Shown here: positions 1 to 6,976 of the stretch, piece by piece
Layout of the letters: the number at the start of each line of letters is the position of its first letter
Position numbering within the stretch: position 1 is the first letter of the stretch
Origin: an uncultured virus (IMG/VR IMGVR_UViG_3300030098_006004)
Lineage: Duplodnaviria > Heunggongvirae > Uroviricota > Caudoviricetes
Virus record (IMG/VR): IMGVR_UViG_3300030098_006004
DNA length: 20,000 bases
Strand: one strand, 5' to 3'
Program-made: the position numbers and the translations under genes
The notes under the pieces: generated by a model
Databases searched by the model: none
The model's input: the letters and a program-made list of their open reading frames with translations, nothing else
What the model was told of the DNA's origin: nothing

Positions 1-142
1 CAAGGTCACTTTGATAGAAAGGGTTTCTAAGCATTAATTTAAAAAATGAAATAACACTTCTATTCGTGTGTTGAGTAAAATCACCCTCTTGCTGCTCTTT
101 AATAACTTCTTTTACCAAGTTTCGTAGTTCGTTAAGTTTCAT
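1..142 (-). CDS. Hypothetical protein running off the window end (MKLNELRNLVKEVIKEQQEGDFTQHTNRSV...), with a variant of the MK..L..I.E N-terminal leader
   Basis: Not in the ORF track. ATG at 142 with GGAG Shine-Dalgarno upstream; frame open to the window edge; ACTATTTA motif upstream. Confidence 0.75.
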   Translation of the reverse strand, partial: MKLNELRNLVKEVIKEQQEGDFTQHTNRSVISFFKLMLRNPFYQSDL

Positions 143-162
143 TTATAAATCTCCGTCTTTAT

Positions 163-170
163 TAAATAGT
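163..170 (-). promoter_or_regulatory. ACTATTTA putative phage late-promoter motif
   Basis: Same or near-identical motif at 2258-2265 and 9687-9694, each in a short intergenic gap directly upstream of a gene. Confidence 0.5.
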
Positions 171-1018
171 TACATACAACTCAAATACCTTTCTCCTCTA
201 TCACAAAGAAAGGTTACCACCACTCCGGTGGGGTTATTTTTTTCTATCCAGCGCTCTGCTGCGAGCACATTAGCTCCTGAACTAATACCTACGAGCAATC
301 CATTTTCTTTTGCTAACTGACAGGCTCTTTGTTTGGCGTCCTCTGTGGATACTAAAAGCTCTTCGTCAATAATCTTTTTATCCACTAGAAAGTCATCGCC
401 GTCATTAATTCCTTGAATGCCGTGGCTTGCTGCGTCTTCGGCAGGCATTGTCAAGAGGAACTTAGTTTCTTTCCATAGGCGAGACAAGTGGCGTTGGCAA
501 CCCATAATAGTGCCGCCAGTGCCTGCACCTGATACAAGAGCAGATAAGCGCGTAGGCATATCTAATATTGCTTGCCCGATCTCTACTGCTGTAGTTTTCT
601 CGTGACATTCAATATTGTAAGGGTTGCTAAATTGTCTTGGTGACCAGTAAGTTCCAAAGTTATGGACTAACTGATCTCTTTGTTCAATCGCGTCTTTAAA
701 AGCATTGTCGCCTACTTCAATAATACGAGCCCCGAAGCGCCGCATCATTTGCTTGCGCTCTTCGCTCATATTGCGCGGCATAACAATAATACAGCCGTAT
801 CCTTTGGCTGCTGCGAGCATAGCAAAGGCGATGCCTGTGTTGCCTGACGAAGCTTCTACAATAGTATAGCCTTCTCGCAAATCGCCGTTTTCTTCGGCTT
901 TTTGGAGAATGTAAGCAGCCATCCTGTCTTTAATAGAGCCAGATGGATTGTATGCTTCAAACTTAGCGTAAAGTTTATCGCTCAACTTTACAAGAGGCGT
1001 GTTACCTATAAGGTTCAT
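170..1018 (-). CDS. cysK: Cysteine synthase / O-acetylserine sulfhydrylase (PLP-dependent CysK/CysM family), phage auxiliary metabolic gene
   Basis: IGNTPLV, KFEAYNPSGSIKDR (PLP lysine), EASSGNTG, GAGTGGT, GIQGI, GISSGAN, CDRGERYLS motifs. CysK versus CysM cannot be resolved by eye. Confidence 0.93.
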   Translation of the reverse strand: MNLIGNTPLVKLSDKLYAKFEAYNPSGSIKDRMAAYILQKAEENGDLREGYTIVEASSGNTGIAFAMLAAAKGYGCIIVMPRNMSEERKQMMRRFGARIIEVGDNAFKDAIEQRDQLVHNFGTYWSPRQFSNPYNIECHEKTTAVEIGQAILDMPTRLSALVSGAGTGGTIMGCQRHLSRLWKETKFLLTMPAEDAASHGIQGINDGDDFLVDKKIIDEELLVSTEDAKQRACQLAKENGLLVGISSGANVLAAERWIEKNNPTGVVVTFLCDRGERYLSCM

Positions 1019-1019
1019 T

Positions 1020-1319
1020 TTATTCCTTATCTTCGTTCATTGTCTTGGTGTAGCTTAATAGCTCTTCGTCGCCTGCGGCGTGAGCTAGGGCAACCATAAT
1101 ATCTCTAATTCCATCGGCACCCAAAATGCTAAACATAGCGTCAGTCGCCTCTTCAGGATTATCGCGAATAACTTGAACTACTTTTTCTTTCGGCTCTTTA
1201 TCTTTACGTCCCATAGCCAAGAGACGGTCGAGTTCCCTATCGGAGATATCAATTTCTGACAAGGCTCTTTGGACTTCTTCGGTAATAATCTTGTTTAAAT
1301 GTTGTTTAGTTATCTTCAT
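1020..1319 (-). CDS. Hypothetical protein with N-terminal MKITKQHLNKIITEE leader (possible virion internal protein)
   Basis: 99-aa ORF packed between its neighbours; leader shared with the upstream gene. Confidence 0.8.
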   Translation of the reverse strand: MKITKQHLNKIITEEVQRALSEIDISDRELDRLLAMGRKDKEPKEKVVQVIRDNPEEATDAMFSILGADGIRDIMVALAHAAGDEELLSYTKTMNEDKE

Positions 1320-1322
1320 TTT

Positions 1323-2126
1323 TTAATCACGAATTGAATCTATGTAATCAATAGGGACAGTGATTTTTTTTACAAGACCTTTTCGTTCCAGCTTTGCAAG
1401 TATTTCCTTGTTTTGCAGCGCCTCTTTCAATATTTCTTTAGGGCTTTTAGATAATTGTATATCAACCAACATGTATTGCTCCTCGTCGGGATCGACGGTG
1501 TTTACCGACTTGACGCCACGGGGTCCAATTCTCGCAATCCACTCTCCTTTTACATTTTTTCTAATGTATTTGGTTAATCCCAAGCCGCTGGCTAGTTTGC
1601 CTACGTTTGCGTTCACTATCTCTGTACGCGGATCTGCGCCATATCCTGATCGGGGTTTAAAGTCTTTACCGGGCTTTTTCAGTGCGATAGCTTCTTCCAG
1701 CGCCTCGGAAGGCTTCTCTGTTTTTAGATGTTCATAATATTCTGGATCTAGATCATAGAACTCTGTGTATTTGCTTTGGACTTGATCAAAAGTCAAACCA
1801 TCTTTAATAGCTTTTTTAAGTATGTCTTCTCTTCTTTTTACATTCTGGTAGTAGCGAGAGCCTGCTTCAGAATCTTCCAAGGCTTCTTTGACAACTTTCT
1901 CAACTTCTTCTTTGATGATTTCTTTAAGTCTTTGTTCTGTGATTTTCATTTTATTTTCCTTTGATTTCGGTCGGATCCACCCGGCATCTTCTAATTTTTT
2001 AAAAAGAAACATCTTGGCGTCAGAGGAGATTAATCGGCGGCTGAACCAATTATCCAGTTCCTCTTGAGGTGATCCTTCGTATTGTTCGTTGATAATTTCT
2101 TTAAGTCTTGTTTTCGTGATTTTCAT
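1323..2126 (-). CDS. Hypothetical protein with two tandem MKIT leaders (MKITKTRLKEIINEQ ... MKITEQRLKEIIKEE); likely start ATG 2126, possible internal start at 1949
   Basis: The track start (2147) overlaps the Cys-peptide gene. ATG 2126 begins the shared leader. The second leader at 1949 is preceded by AAGGAAAATAAA. Confidence 0.8.
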   Translation of the reverse strand: MKITKTRLKEIINEQYEGSPQEELDNWFSRRLISSDAKMFLFKKLEDAGWIRPKSKENKMKITEQRLKEIIKEEVEKVVKEALEDSEAGSRYYQNVKRREDILKKAIKDGLTFDQVQSKYTEFYDLDPEYYEHLKTEKPSEALEEAIALKKPGKDFKPRSGYGADPRTEIVNANVGKLASGLGLTKYIRKNVKGEWIARIGPRGVKSVNTVDPDEEQYMLVDIQLSKSPKEILKEALQNKEILAKLERKGLVKKITVPIDYIDSIRD

Positions 2127-2135
2127 TTTATTTTC
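1915..2135. repeat. Imperfect direct repeat (about 45 bp; 1915-1958 and 2091-2135) covering the translation-initiation region and the MKIT leader
   Basis: + strand atttctttaagtctttgttctgtgattttcattttattttc versus atttctttaagtcttgttttcgtgattttcattttattttc. Confidence 0.85.
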
Positions 2136-2137
2136 TT

Positions 2138-2233
2138 TTAGCAGCAAGCGCAGTTAGTGCAGCCGCAGGTCTCGCAACAGCAGCAGCAGTGCTCGCGAAA
2201 TAGATTTCTTAGTCTGTGTAAAAATTTCTTCAT
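2138..2233 (-). CDS. Cysteine-rich micro-protein, 31 aa, MKKFLHRLRNLFREHCCCCCETCGCTNCACC (metallothionein-like C-terminus)
   Basis: Manual translation: ATG at 2233, TAA at 2138-2140, AGGGAG SD 8 nt upstream. Fills the intergenic gap; 10 Cys in the last 16 residues; too short for the ORF track. Confidence 0.8.
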   Translation of the reverse strand: MKKFLHRLRNLFREHCCCCCETCGCTNCACC

Positions 2234-2257
2234 TTTAGTTACTCCCTAAATATATAT

Positions 2258-2265
2258 TAATTAGT
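2258..2265 (-). promoter_or_regulatory. ACTAATTA putative late-promoter motif upstream of the Cys-peptide operon
   Basis: One-base variant of ACTATTTA at 163-170 and 9687-9694. Confidence 0.45.
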
Positions 2266-3115
2266 CATCCGACTTGGGGATGCCATTAAATTCTCTATAT
2301 TTAAGTAGTCTTTCACTTGGTCTTTTGATTTTTTTAGCGACACCATTTATAACATCGCAATATGTTTCCCAATCTTTTATCTCTTGTGCCTCGGGAATGT
2401 CTGCTTTATTATAATCACCAAGTTCCAAATATCCAAAGATTTGCTCTAAGGAAGCATCCCTGATAGAAGGAATGTTTGAGAGACATTGATGTCTTACTTC
2501 TTTTACCTGCTCCCAAGACAAGGTAAACGCCCAAGGCTTATTATTTAGTACAGTCTCGCCCTCAAACTCCAAAAAAAAGTTCTTTTTTGAAGAAATTAAT
2601 CTTCTGTGTTCTCGCAAAAACCCTATGTTATAGATTCCAAAGGGAAAACTGAAATAAAACATATCTGGCTTTAACCAACGACTAATGTTCCTTGTGATTT
2701 TATGGCAGGTGAAAGCTCCGTGAAGAGAAGCCCACCCCATTGAGTCTTTGTGGTTTCTATCGTGGACAGAAATAGGGACATAATAGATAGGAATAGGTTT
2801 TTGTCGGAGGGTTTTATCGTAGAGAAAGTCATCAAAGTGGCGATAAAGCATAACAGGGTCTTGGACATAATCTCCAAGGCGTTTCCTTATAAGAGGCTCT
2901 ATATCGTCGCTACAGACAATCCATATTGTTTCGCACCCAGCATACGCACATTCCATTACGGAGCGTTCTACGGCTAAATAGTTAGGGGCTATGGGCATCA
3001 TGACATCCGACCAAGGCATATTGAAATCAAGCGGTGGATGTGAAGCCGGGATAACTCCCGCCAAATGGAAGTTAGGTCCTGGCTGCGAGGATCTCTTCTG
3101 TACTTCTACCGTCAA
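2261..3115 (-). CDS. Nucleotidyltransferase-like protein (sugar-phosphate NTP-transferase fold, degenerate signature)
   Basis: LAGVIPA...MMPIAPNYLAVERSVMECAYAGCETIWIVC resembles the RmlA/GalU N-terminus but lacks GxGTR; start uncertain. Confidence 0.55.
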   Translation of the reverse strand: MTVEVQKRSSQPGPNFHLAGVIPASHPPLDFNMPWSDVMMPIAPNYLAVERSVMECAYAGCETIWIVCSDDIEPLIRKRLGDYVQDPVMLYRHFDDFLYDKTLRQKPIPIYYVPISVHDRNHKDSMGWASLHGAFTCHKITRNISRWLKPDMFYFSFPFGIYNIGFLREHRRLISSKKNFFLEFEGETVLNNKPWAFTLSWEQVKEVRHQCLSNIPSIRDASLEQIFGYLELGDYNKADIPEAQEIKDWETYCDVINGVAKKIKRPSERLLKYREFNGIPKSDD

Positions 3116-3932
3116 CTATAACATCTCCACATTCCATACTTTTTATTTCTGTCACTGGAATGATTTCTCTCCGATTAAGTTCAATCTTTAAAGGTCTGTA
3201 TACTACTTTACCATTTCTGTCCGTTCCATTTAAGGGACCTTTTATGCCCCTTTGCTTCATCATTGAAAGAACTTTTAAACGGGCATATGTATCTGAGTAT
3301 TCAGGGTCGTAGAGTTGTTTCTCTGTGAGAAAAGACTCTGCTACAAGATCTTTATTATTGTTGTTTCCTGGATCTCTTTCGTTTGGATAGAATATTATTT
3401 TTCTAACCAAGTTGGAATTGTCATCTTCAATCAAATCCACGTCGTGTTGAGCGCCTTTATTTACATCAAACCAATCATAAACACGAAAACCCTTTGTGAC
3501 TTTTTCTGCCTCAAAGGGTAAATCATGGACATTTGTTGTGTCAAAGATGCGTAGTTTATCGTATGATACACGAAAGACGCGAGCATTCTTGGTTGCTATC
3601 TTAAGCATATTGTTTTCTTCTAAGCGAATAGAAGAAACTTTATCAGCGAAAGGGTTTAATCCTCGGAAGGATAGCTTATACGCTAACGCATCAAACAAAT
3701 CAATCTTCTTCGAGCCCTTGGGGAAGGACTCGCCTATCCCCAGATCATAACCAAAGCTGGTGGCGTCGAAAGTAAAAACGCTGTCCAGAGTATTATTGAT
3801 GATATAAGAACTTTTTTCATTTGCGTAGATGTGAGCATTTAAGTTGCCTCCTATAACTATCTCTTTCCAATGGAAGAGGTGATTTTTTAGCAGCCGGTGA
3901 GTTTCGTCTTCCTCTTTATATTCCTTTGCCAT
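3072..3932 (-). CDS. Hypothetical protein with an N-terminal Rossmann-like strand-helix (EIVIGGNLNAHIYA); possible degenerate FAD-binding fold
   Basis: 286-aa ORF; VIGGxxxA resembles GxGxxG; start uncertain because of a 46-nt overlap with the upstream gene. Confidence 0.5.
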   Translation of the reverse strand: MAKEYKEEDETHRLLKNHLFHWKEIVIGGNLNAHIYANEKSSYIINNTLDSVFTFDATSFGYDLGIGESFPKGSKKIDLFDALAYKLSFRGLNPFADKVSSIRLEENNMLKIATKNARVFRVSYDKLRIFDTTNVHDLPFEAEKVTKGFRVYDWFDVNKGAQHDVDLIEDDNSNLVRKIIFYPNERDPGNNNNKDLVAESFLTEKQLYDPEYSDTYARLKVLSMMKQRGIKGPLNGTDRNGKVVYRPLKIELNRREIIPVTEIKSMECGDVIVDGRSTEEILAART

Positions 3933-4477
3933 TTCTTTAAAATCCTTAAGTGTAAAGGTCTTTCATAGCATCGTCCCGAAGGTTTAGGATACCTAATAGA
4001 GGTAACCCAAGCCGCTATCCATAGTTTCTTTTGCGAGCGAAAGCGACATTGTTTCTTCACTTTCTTCAATTGCCTTACGACATGTTTCATCCAAAATTCA
4101 GCAGCTTGATGGGGGTTAAAACGGTCAACACCGTATTTCTTGACCCATACCCATTGCTGAAGTATCCCTTTCGCACGAGGGATGCGCTTCTTTTTCGTGT
4201 AATCACCGAGAGCCTTGGGGTTATACCCTGACTCGTGACACGCAGCAGCAAGAAGCATTCCTTGCAGCTCGGGCGGTGGATTATGTTTGGCTTCAATCTT
4301 AACCAGATCCCATAACAAACTTACGTTAACCTTTTCAGGCTTAGCGTAGGGGCACTTATAAGTTGCCTGGTCTACGATGCTAACATAATCATCATAAATA
4401 TCTTGTGGGATATTGTTATCTTGAGGATAACCCCCGATTATTGCTGAAGAAATCAGCGCTGTTAGTAAAGCATTCAT
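3887..4477 (-). CDS. Lytic transglycosylase (SLT-like) with N-terminal hydrophobic signal/anchor
   Basis: LAAACHESGYNPKALG (catalytic ES), AKGILQ (GLMQ-like), DRFNPHQAA; N-terminus MNALLTALISSAIIGG. Confidence 0.75.
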   Translation of the reverse strand: MNALLTALISSAIIGGYPQDNNIPQDIYDDYVSIVDQATYKCPYAKPEKVNVSLLWDLVKIEAKHNPPPELQGMLLAAACHESGYNPKALGDYTKKKRIPRAKGILQQWVWVKKYGVDRFNPHQAAEFWMKHVVRQLKKVKKQCRFRSQKKLWIAAWVTSIRYPKPSGRCYERPLHLRILKKWQRNIKRKTKLTGC

Positions 4478-4483
4478 AAGAAT

Positions 4484-4489
4484 ATTATA
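4484..4489 (-). promoter_or_regulatory. -10 box TATAAT 6 nt upstream of the transglycosylase ATG (putative leaderless transcript)
   Basis: TGAGTATAATATTCTTATG on the minus strand; no SD; no clear -35. Confidence 0.5.
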
Positions 4490-4531
4490 CTCATAACTAG
4501 AATATTCCTTGAGGAAAATCCCATTTTGAGC

Positions 4532-4795
4532 TTAATCCAAAGCCCCCATGACATAATTTTCAAGAATAAGAAACTTTGTTTCCTTATTGATTTCAACTTG
4601 TTGAACCATGGAGTTATCAATGATGATTGTTTGGTCTTTTTTTACATTTAATTTGCAATCATCAGCAAAATCTAGGACTTTTGCACTGATATATGGCGAT
4701 GCGGGTTTGTAGCCATCGGGAACCAACACAAAACTTTCTTGCTCTTGTTCCGTCGTCACAGGCTGCACCAGCAGGTGCCTGTTAAAAGGCTTCAT
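4532..4795 (-). CDS. groES: GroES-like co-chaperonin
   Basis: MKPFNRHLLVQP start, mobile-loop-like FVLVPD, C-terminal FLILENYVMG; 87 aa. Confidence 0.75.
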   Translation of the reverse strand: MKPFNRHLLVQPVTTEQEQESFVLVPDGYKPASPYISAKVLDFADDCKLNVKKDQTIIIDNSMVQQVEINKETKFLILENYVMGALD

Positions 4796-5049
4796 TAAAA
4801 CACCCCCAAGGTTTTCCTGAGTCGGTCGTAAATATCTTGCAGAGTGTTGAAGTCTTCATCCTTCTGAAGCATGCGGTAAGCGCGGACGGCTTGTTTCATT
4901 TCATCTTTAGATAGCCAGCCGTTCTCCACATAATTCTTACGCAGATCGCGGCGGTGTTCCTTGAAAGGCTCCATCGCTCGCTCATTCTCGTCGAATGCCT
5001 TGATGAAATCAACTACATATTCTTCTTTTGTTTTATCGTATTCAGACAT
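4795..5049 (-). CDS. Small helical dsDNA-binding protein (T4 DsbA / GapR-like)
   Basis: 84 aa, charged and helical; KEHRRDLRKNYVENGWLSKDEMKQAVRAYR resembles the DsbA/GapR pattern; strong AAGGAG SD. Confidence 0.45.
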   Translation of the reverse strand: MSEYDKTKEEYVVDFIKAFDENERAMEPFKEHRRDLRKNYVENGWLSKDEMKQAVRAYRMLQKDEDFNTLQDIYDRLRKTLGVF

Positions 5050-5077
5050 TAGTCTCTCCTTTTAATTTGATACCTTT

Positions 5078-5105
5078 AATATAAGCACTATTCTTCATAG
5101 TTCAA
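5078..5105 (-). promoter_or_regulatory. Sigma70-like promoter TTGAAC-16-TATATT
   Basis: Intergenic, upstream of the ATG at 5049; CTTGAA shared with two other promoters. Confidence 0.55.
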
Positions 5106-5108
5106 GTG

Positions 5109-6965
5109 TTAAGTTACCTCACAGCCGCCCGCGCCGCAAGCGACCTCTCCTTTGAGATCCGTATTATCCTCCATTTCGACCACTTTTGTTAAGTCAATAT
5201 TTTCTAAATCTTCCAAAAGCGCTTCATATCGCTCTTTAGAGCAATCTTCAAATGGTGCTTGAACATAAGTTCCTCCATCGTGAGGAAGGACTGATAAACC
5301 ATTATAGGAGGTTCTATTCTCCCACATCCACTCACCTACATCAATCCACTCGGCTTCTTTAATAGAAATGGTGGCAGAGACATTGTGCGTATTCTGCCCT
5401 CTAACGTGTCCATTTCGAACCCACTCCTCGCTTACGCCCTTTACCCTTCGTAGAAGCTGAAGAGCGCTCTCAGTGCGTGTAATAGCGCCTTCTGGGGATT
5501 TCTGAGGGATGGATATGACCGCTGTATCGTGAGGTCGGAAATATTCATCTTCCACTAAATTGTCGTGGTTTATCGTAAGGTAAGTATAAATTGGCTCATT
5601 CTTTCCAACTCTAAGGCGTCTAATATAGAAATCGTTGTGCCAAGCGTGAATACCGCTGGATGTGCCTAATGTAAGTGACGTGGTTCCAGCAGGCTTTACG
5701 CAAGTTGTGCGATTCGCTGGTTTGATGCCGATAAGAGCAGCAGCTCTTTTATTTTCTTTTTTTACTGCCTGTGCTGCTTTCTTCATGTCAAGTTCTAAAA
5801 CTTTACCCGAGGCGATACCAGTCATCGAAACACCAATTAATGCATCTTTCTCAGTATTTCTACGCCACACATCGCGAAGATAATGAAAATCCGTATAACC
5901 CGCTTGCAATGTACCAATAAATGCAGCGGCGGTTACTCGCGCTTCATATTCTTCTTGTGTATTTACATCGCTTACATTTACTTCGCATAGGTTGCAGAAC
6001 TGATAAGGACGAAGAGCGATTTCACAGCAAGGATTAGTTCCCCAGTCTTTGTCGTTGGTGAAATAAAACCCTGGTTCTCCTGCGCCTGACGCTTTTACGC
6101 GGTTCCATAGGTCAATAAAATAATCTTTTGTTATTCTGTGTCTCATCAAAACAACAGAGTTGTTTGCTCGTCCTCTTTGTGGGTTCTTTTCCCACCAGTT
6201 ACCTGTTTTAGCGGCGAGCATTTCATCATCATCGGCACTAAAAAGTGAGATAAGAGCAGCGCGGCGAATACCGCCGGCAAGTACAGCGTCAGCAATGTGA
6301 CATACAATGTCATGCACTTCAATCGTTGAAAGTTGTTCACCGTCTTCCTTGTGGCTAAGTATGCCTTCTACTTTTAAAAGACACTCTTTAAGAGGCTGTG
6401 CCCCTGGGGCTTTTCCGCCTGATGTGAGTAGACGAGCGCCTTTAGGGCGAATGTCAGAAAAATCAAAGCGCAGCTTAGATCCTCCTTGGAAGTAAGTTCG
6501 CATAAGAGCCTTAACAGAATCAGCCCATCCTTCAATAGAGTCGGCGATTAAGAATCGTCTGGTTCTCTTTGAATTAGGCTTTTGAATTTCTGGTAGTTTT
6601 TCAACATGGTGCTTTTGAACGGAGTATCCCACTCCTGTTCCCCCAAGAAGTAAAAACATAGTCTCTGAAAAAGAACGCCAATCGTCAATAGGCAAAAAAC
6701 AACAATTATAAATACGGTTAGGAGCAACCTCAATGGGCTTGCCGCCAAATTGCATAGAGCGCATAGAAGGGAGAACTTTTTTCGCATAGACGTATTTATA
6801 CGCCTGATTTATTTCTTCCTTCAAATCAGGATATTTTTTTAAGTGCATCTTTTTGTTGCGCGTCACGAGTTCTTTCCAAGTTTCGCGCCTTTCTTTCTTG
6901 GGCAAATAACGCGCATACTTCATATGCACTGTGATATCTGATAAAATCTGCTTAGTTATGTCCAT
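5109..6965 (-). CDS. nrdJ: Class II (adenosylcobalamin-dependent) ribonucleotide reductase
   Basis: PSMR, YNCC, GGTGVG, GGIRRAA, TNPCCEI (thiyl-radical Cys), FCNLCE, KPAGT, C-terminal ACGAGGC redox pair; no ATP cone; no adjacent nrdB. Confidence 0.88.
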   Translation of the reverse strand: MDITKQILSDITVHMKYARYLPKKERRETWKELVTRNKKMHLKKYPDLKEEINQAYKYVYAKKVLPSMRSMQFGGKPIEVAPNRIYNCCFLPIDDWRSFSETMFLLLGGTGVGYSVQKHHVEKLPEIQKPNSKRTRRFLIADSIEGWADSVKALMRTYFQGGSKLRFDFSDIRPKGARLLTSGGKAPGAQPLKECLLKVEGILSHKEDGEQLSTIEVHDIVCHIADAVLAGGIRRAALISLFSADDDEMLAAKTGNWWEKNPQRGRANNSVVLMRHRITKDYFIDLWNRVKASGAGEPGFYFTNDKDWGTNPCCEIALRPYQFCNLCEVNVSDVNTQEEYEARVTAAAFIGTLQAGYTDFHYLRDVWRRNTEKDALIGVSMTGIASGKVLELDMKKAAQAVKKENKRAAALIGIKPANRTTCVKPAGTTSLTLGTSSGIHAWHNDFYIRRLRVGKNEPIYTYLTINHDNLVEDEYFRPHDTAVISIPQKSPEGAITRTESALQLLRRVKGVSEEWVRNGHVRGQNTHNVSATISIKEAEWIDVGEWMWENRTSYNGLSVLPHDGGTYVQAPFEDCSKERYEALLEDLENIDLTKVVEMEDNTDLKGEVACGAGGCEVT

Positions 6966-6976
6966 TGTTAAATCCT

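Noticed and set aside
2127..2147. Track start (MLLKENK) for the 274-aa ORF
   Set aside because: Overlaps the Cys-peptide stop; ATG 2126 starts the conserved leader
2170..2192. CAG/TGC trinucleotide run as a microsatellite
   Set aside because: Explained by the Cys codons of the micro-protein and interrupted by a synonymous TGT
2138..2233. RiPP (ranthipeptide/lanthipeptide) biosynthetic cluster around the Cys peptide
   Set aside because: No radical SAM, Lan, YcaO or transporter gene in the window; cannot be excluded elsewhere in the genome
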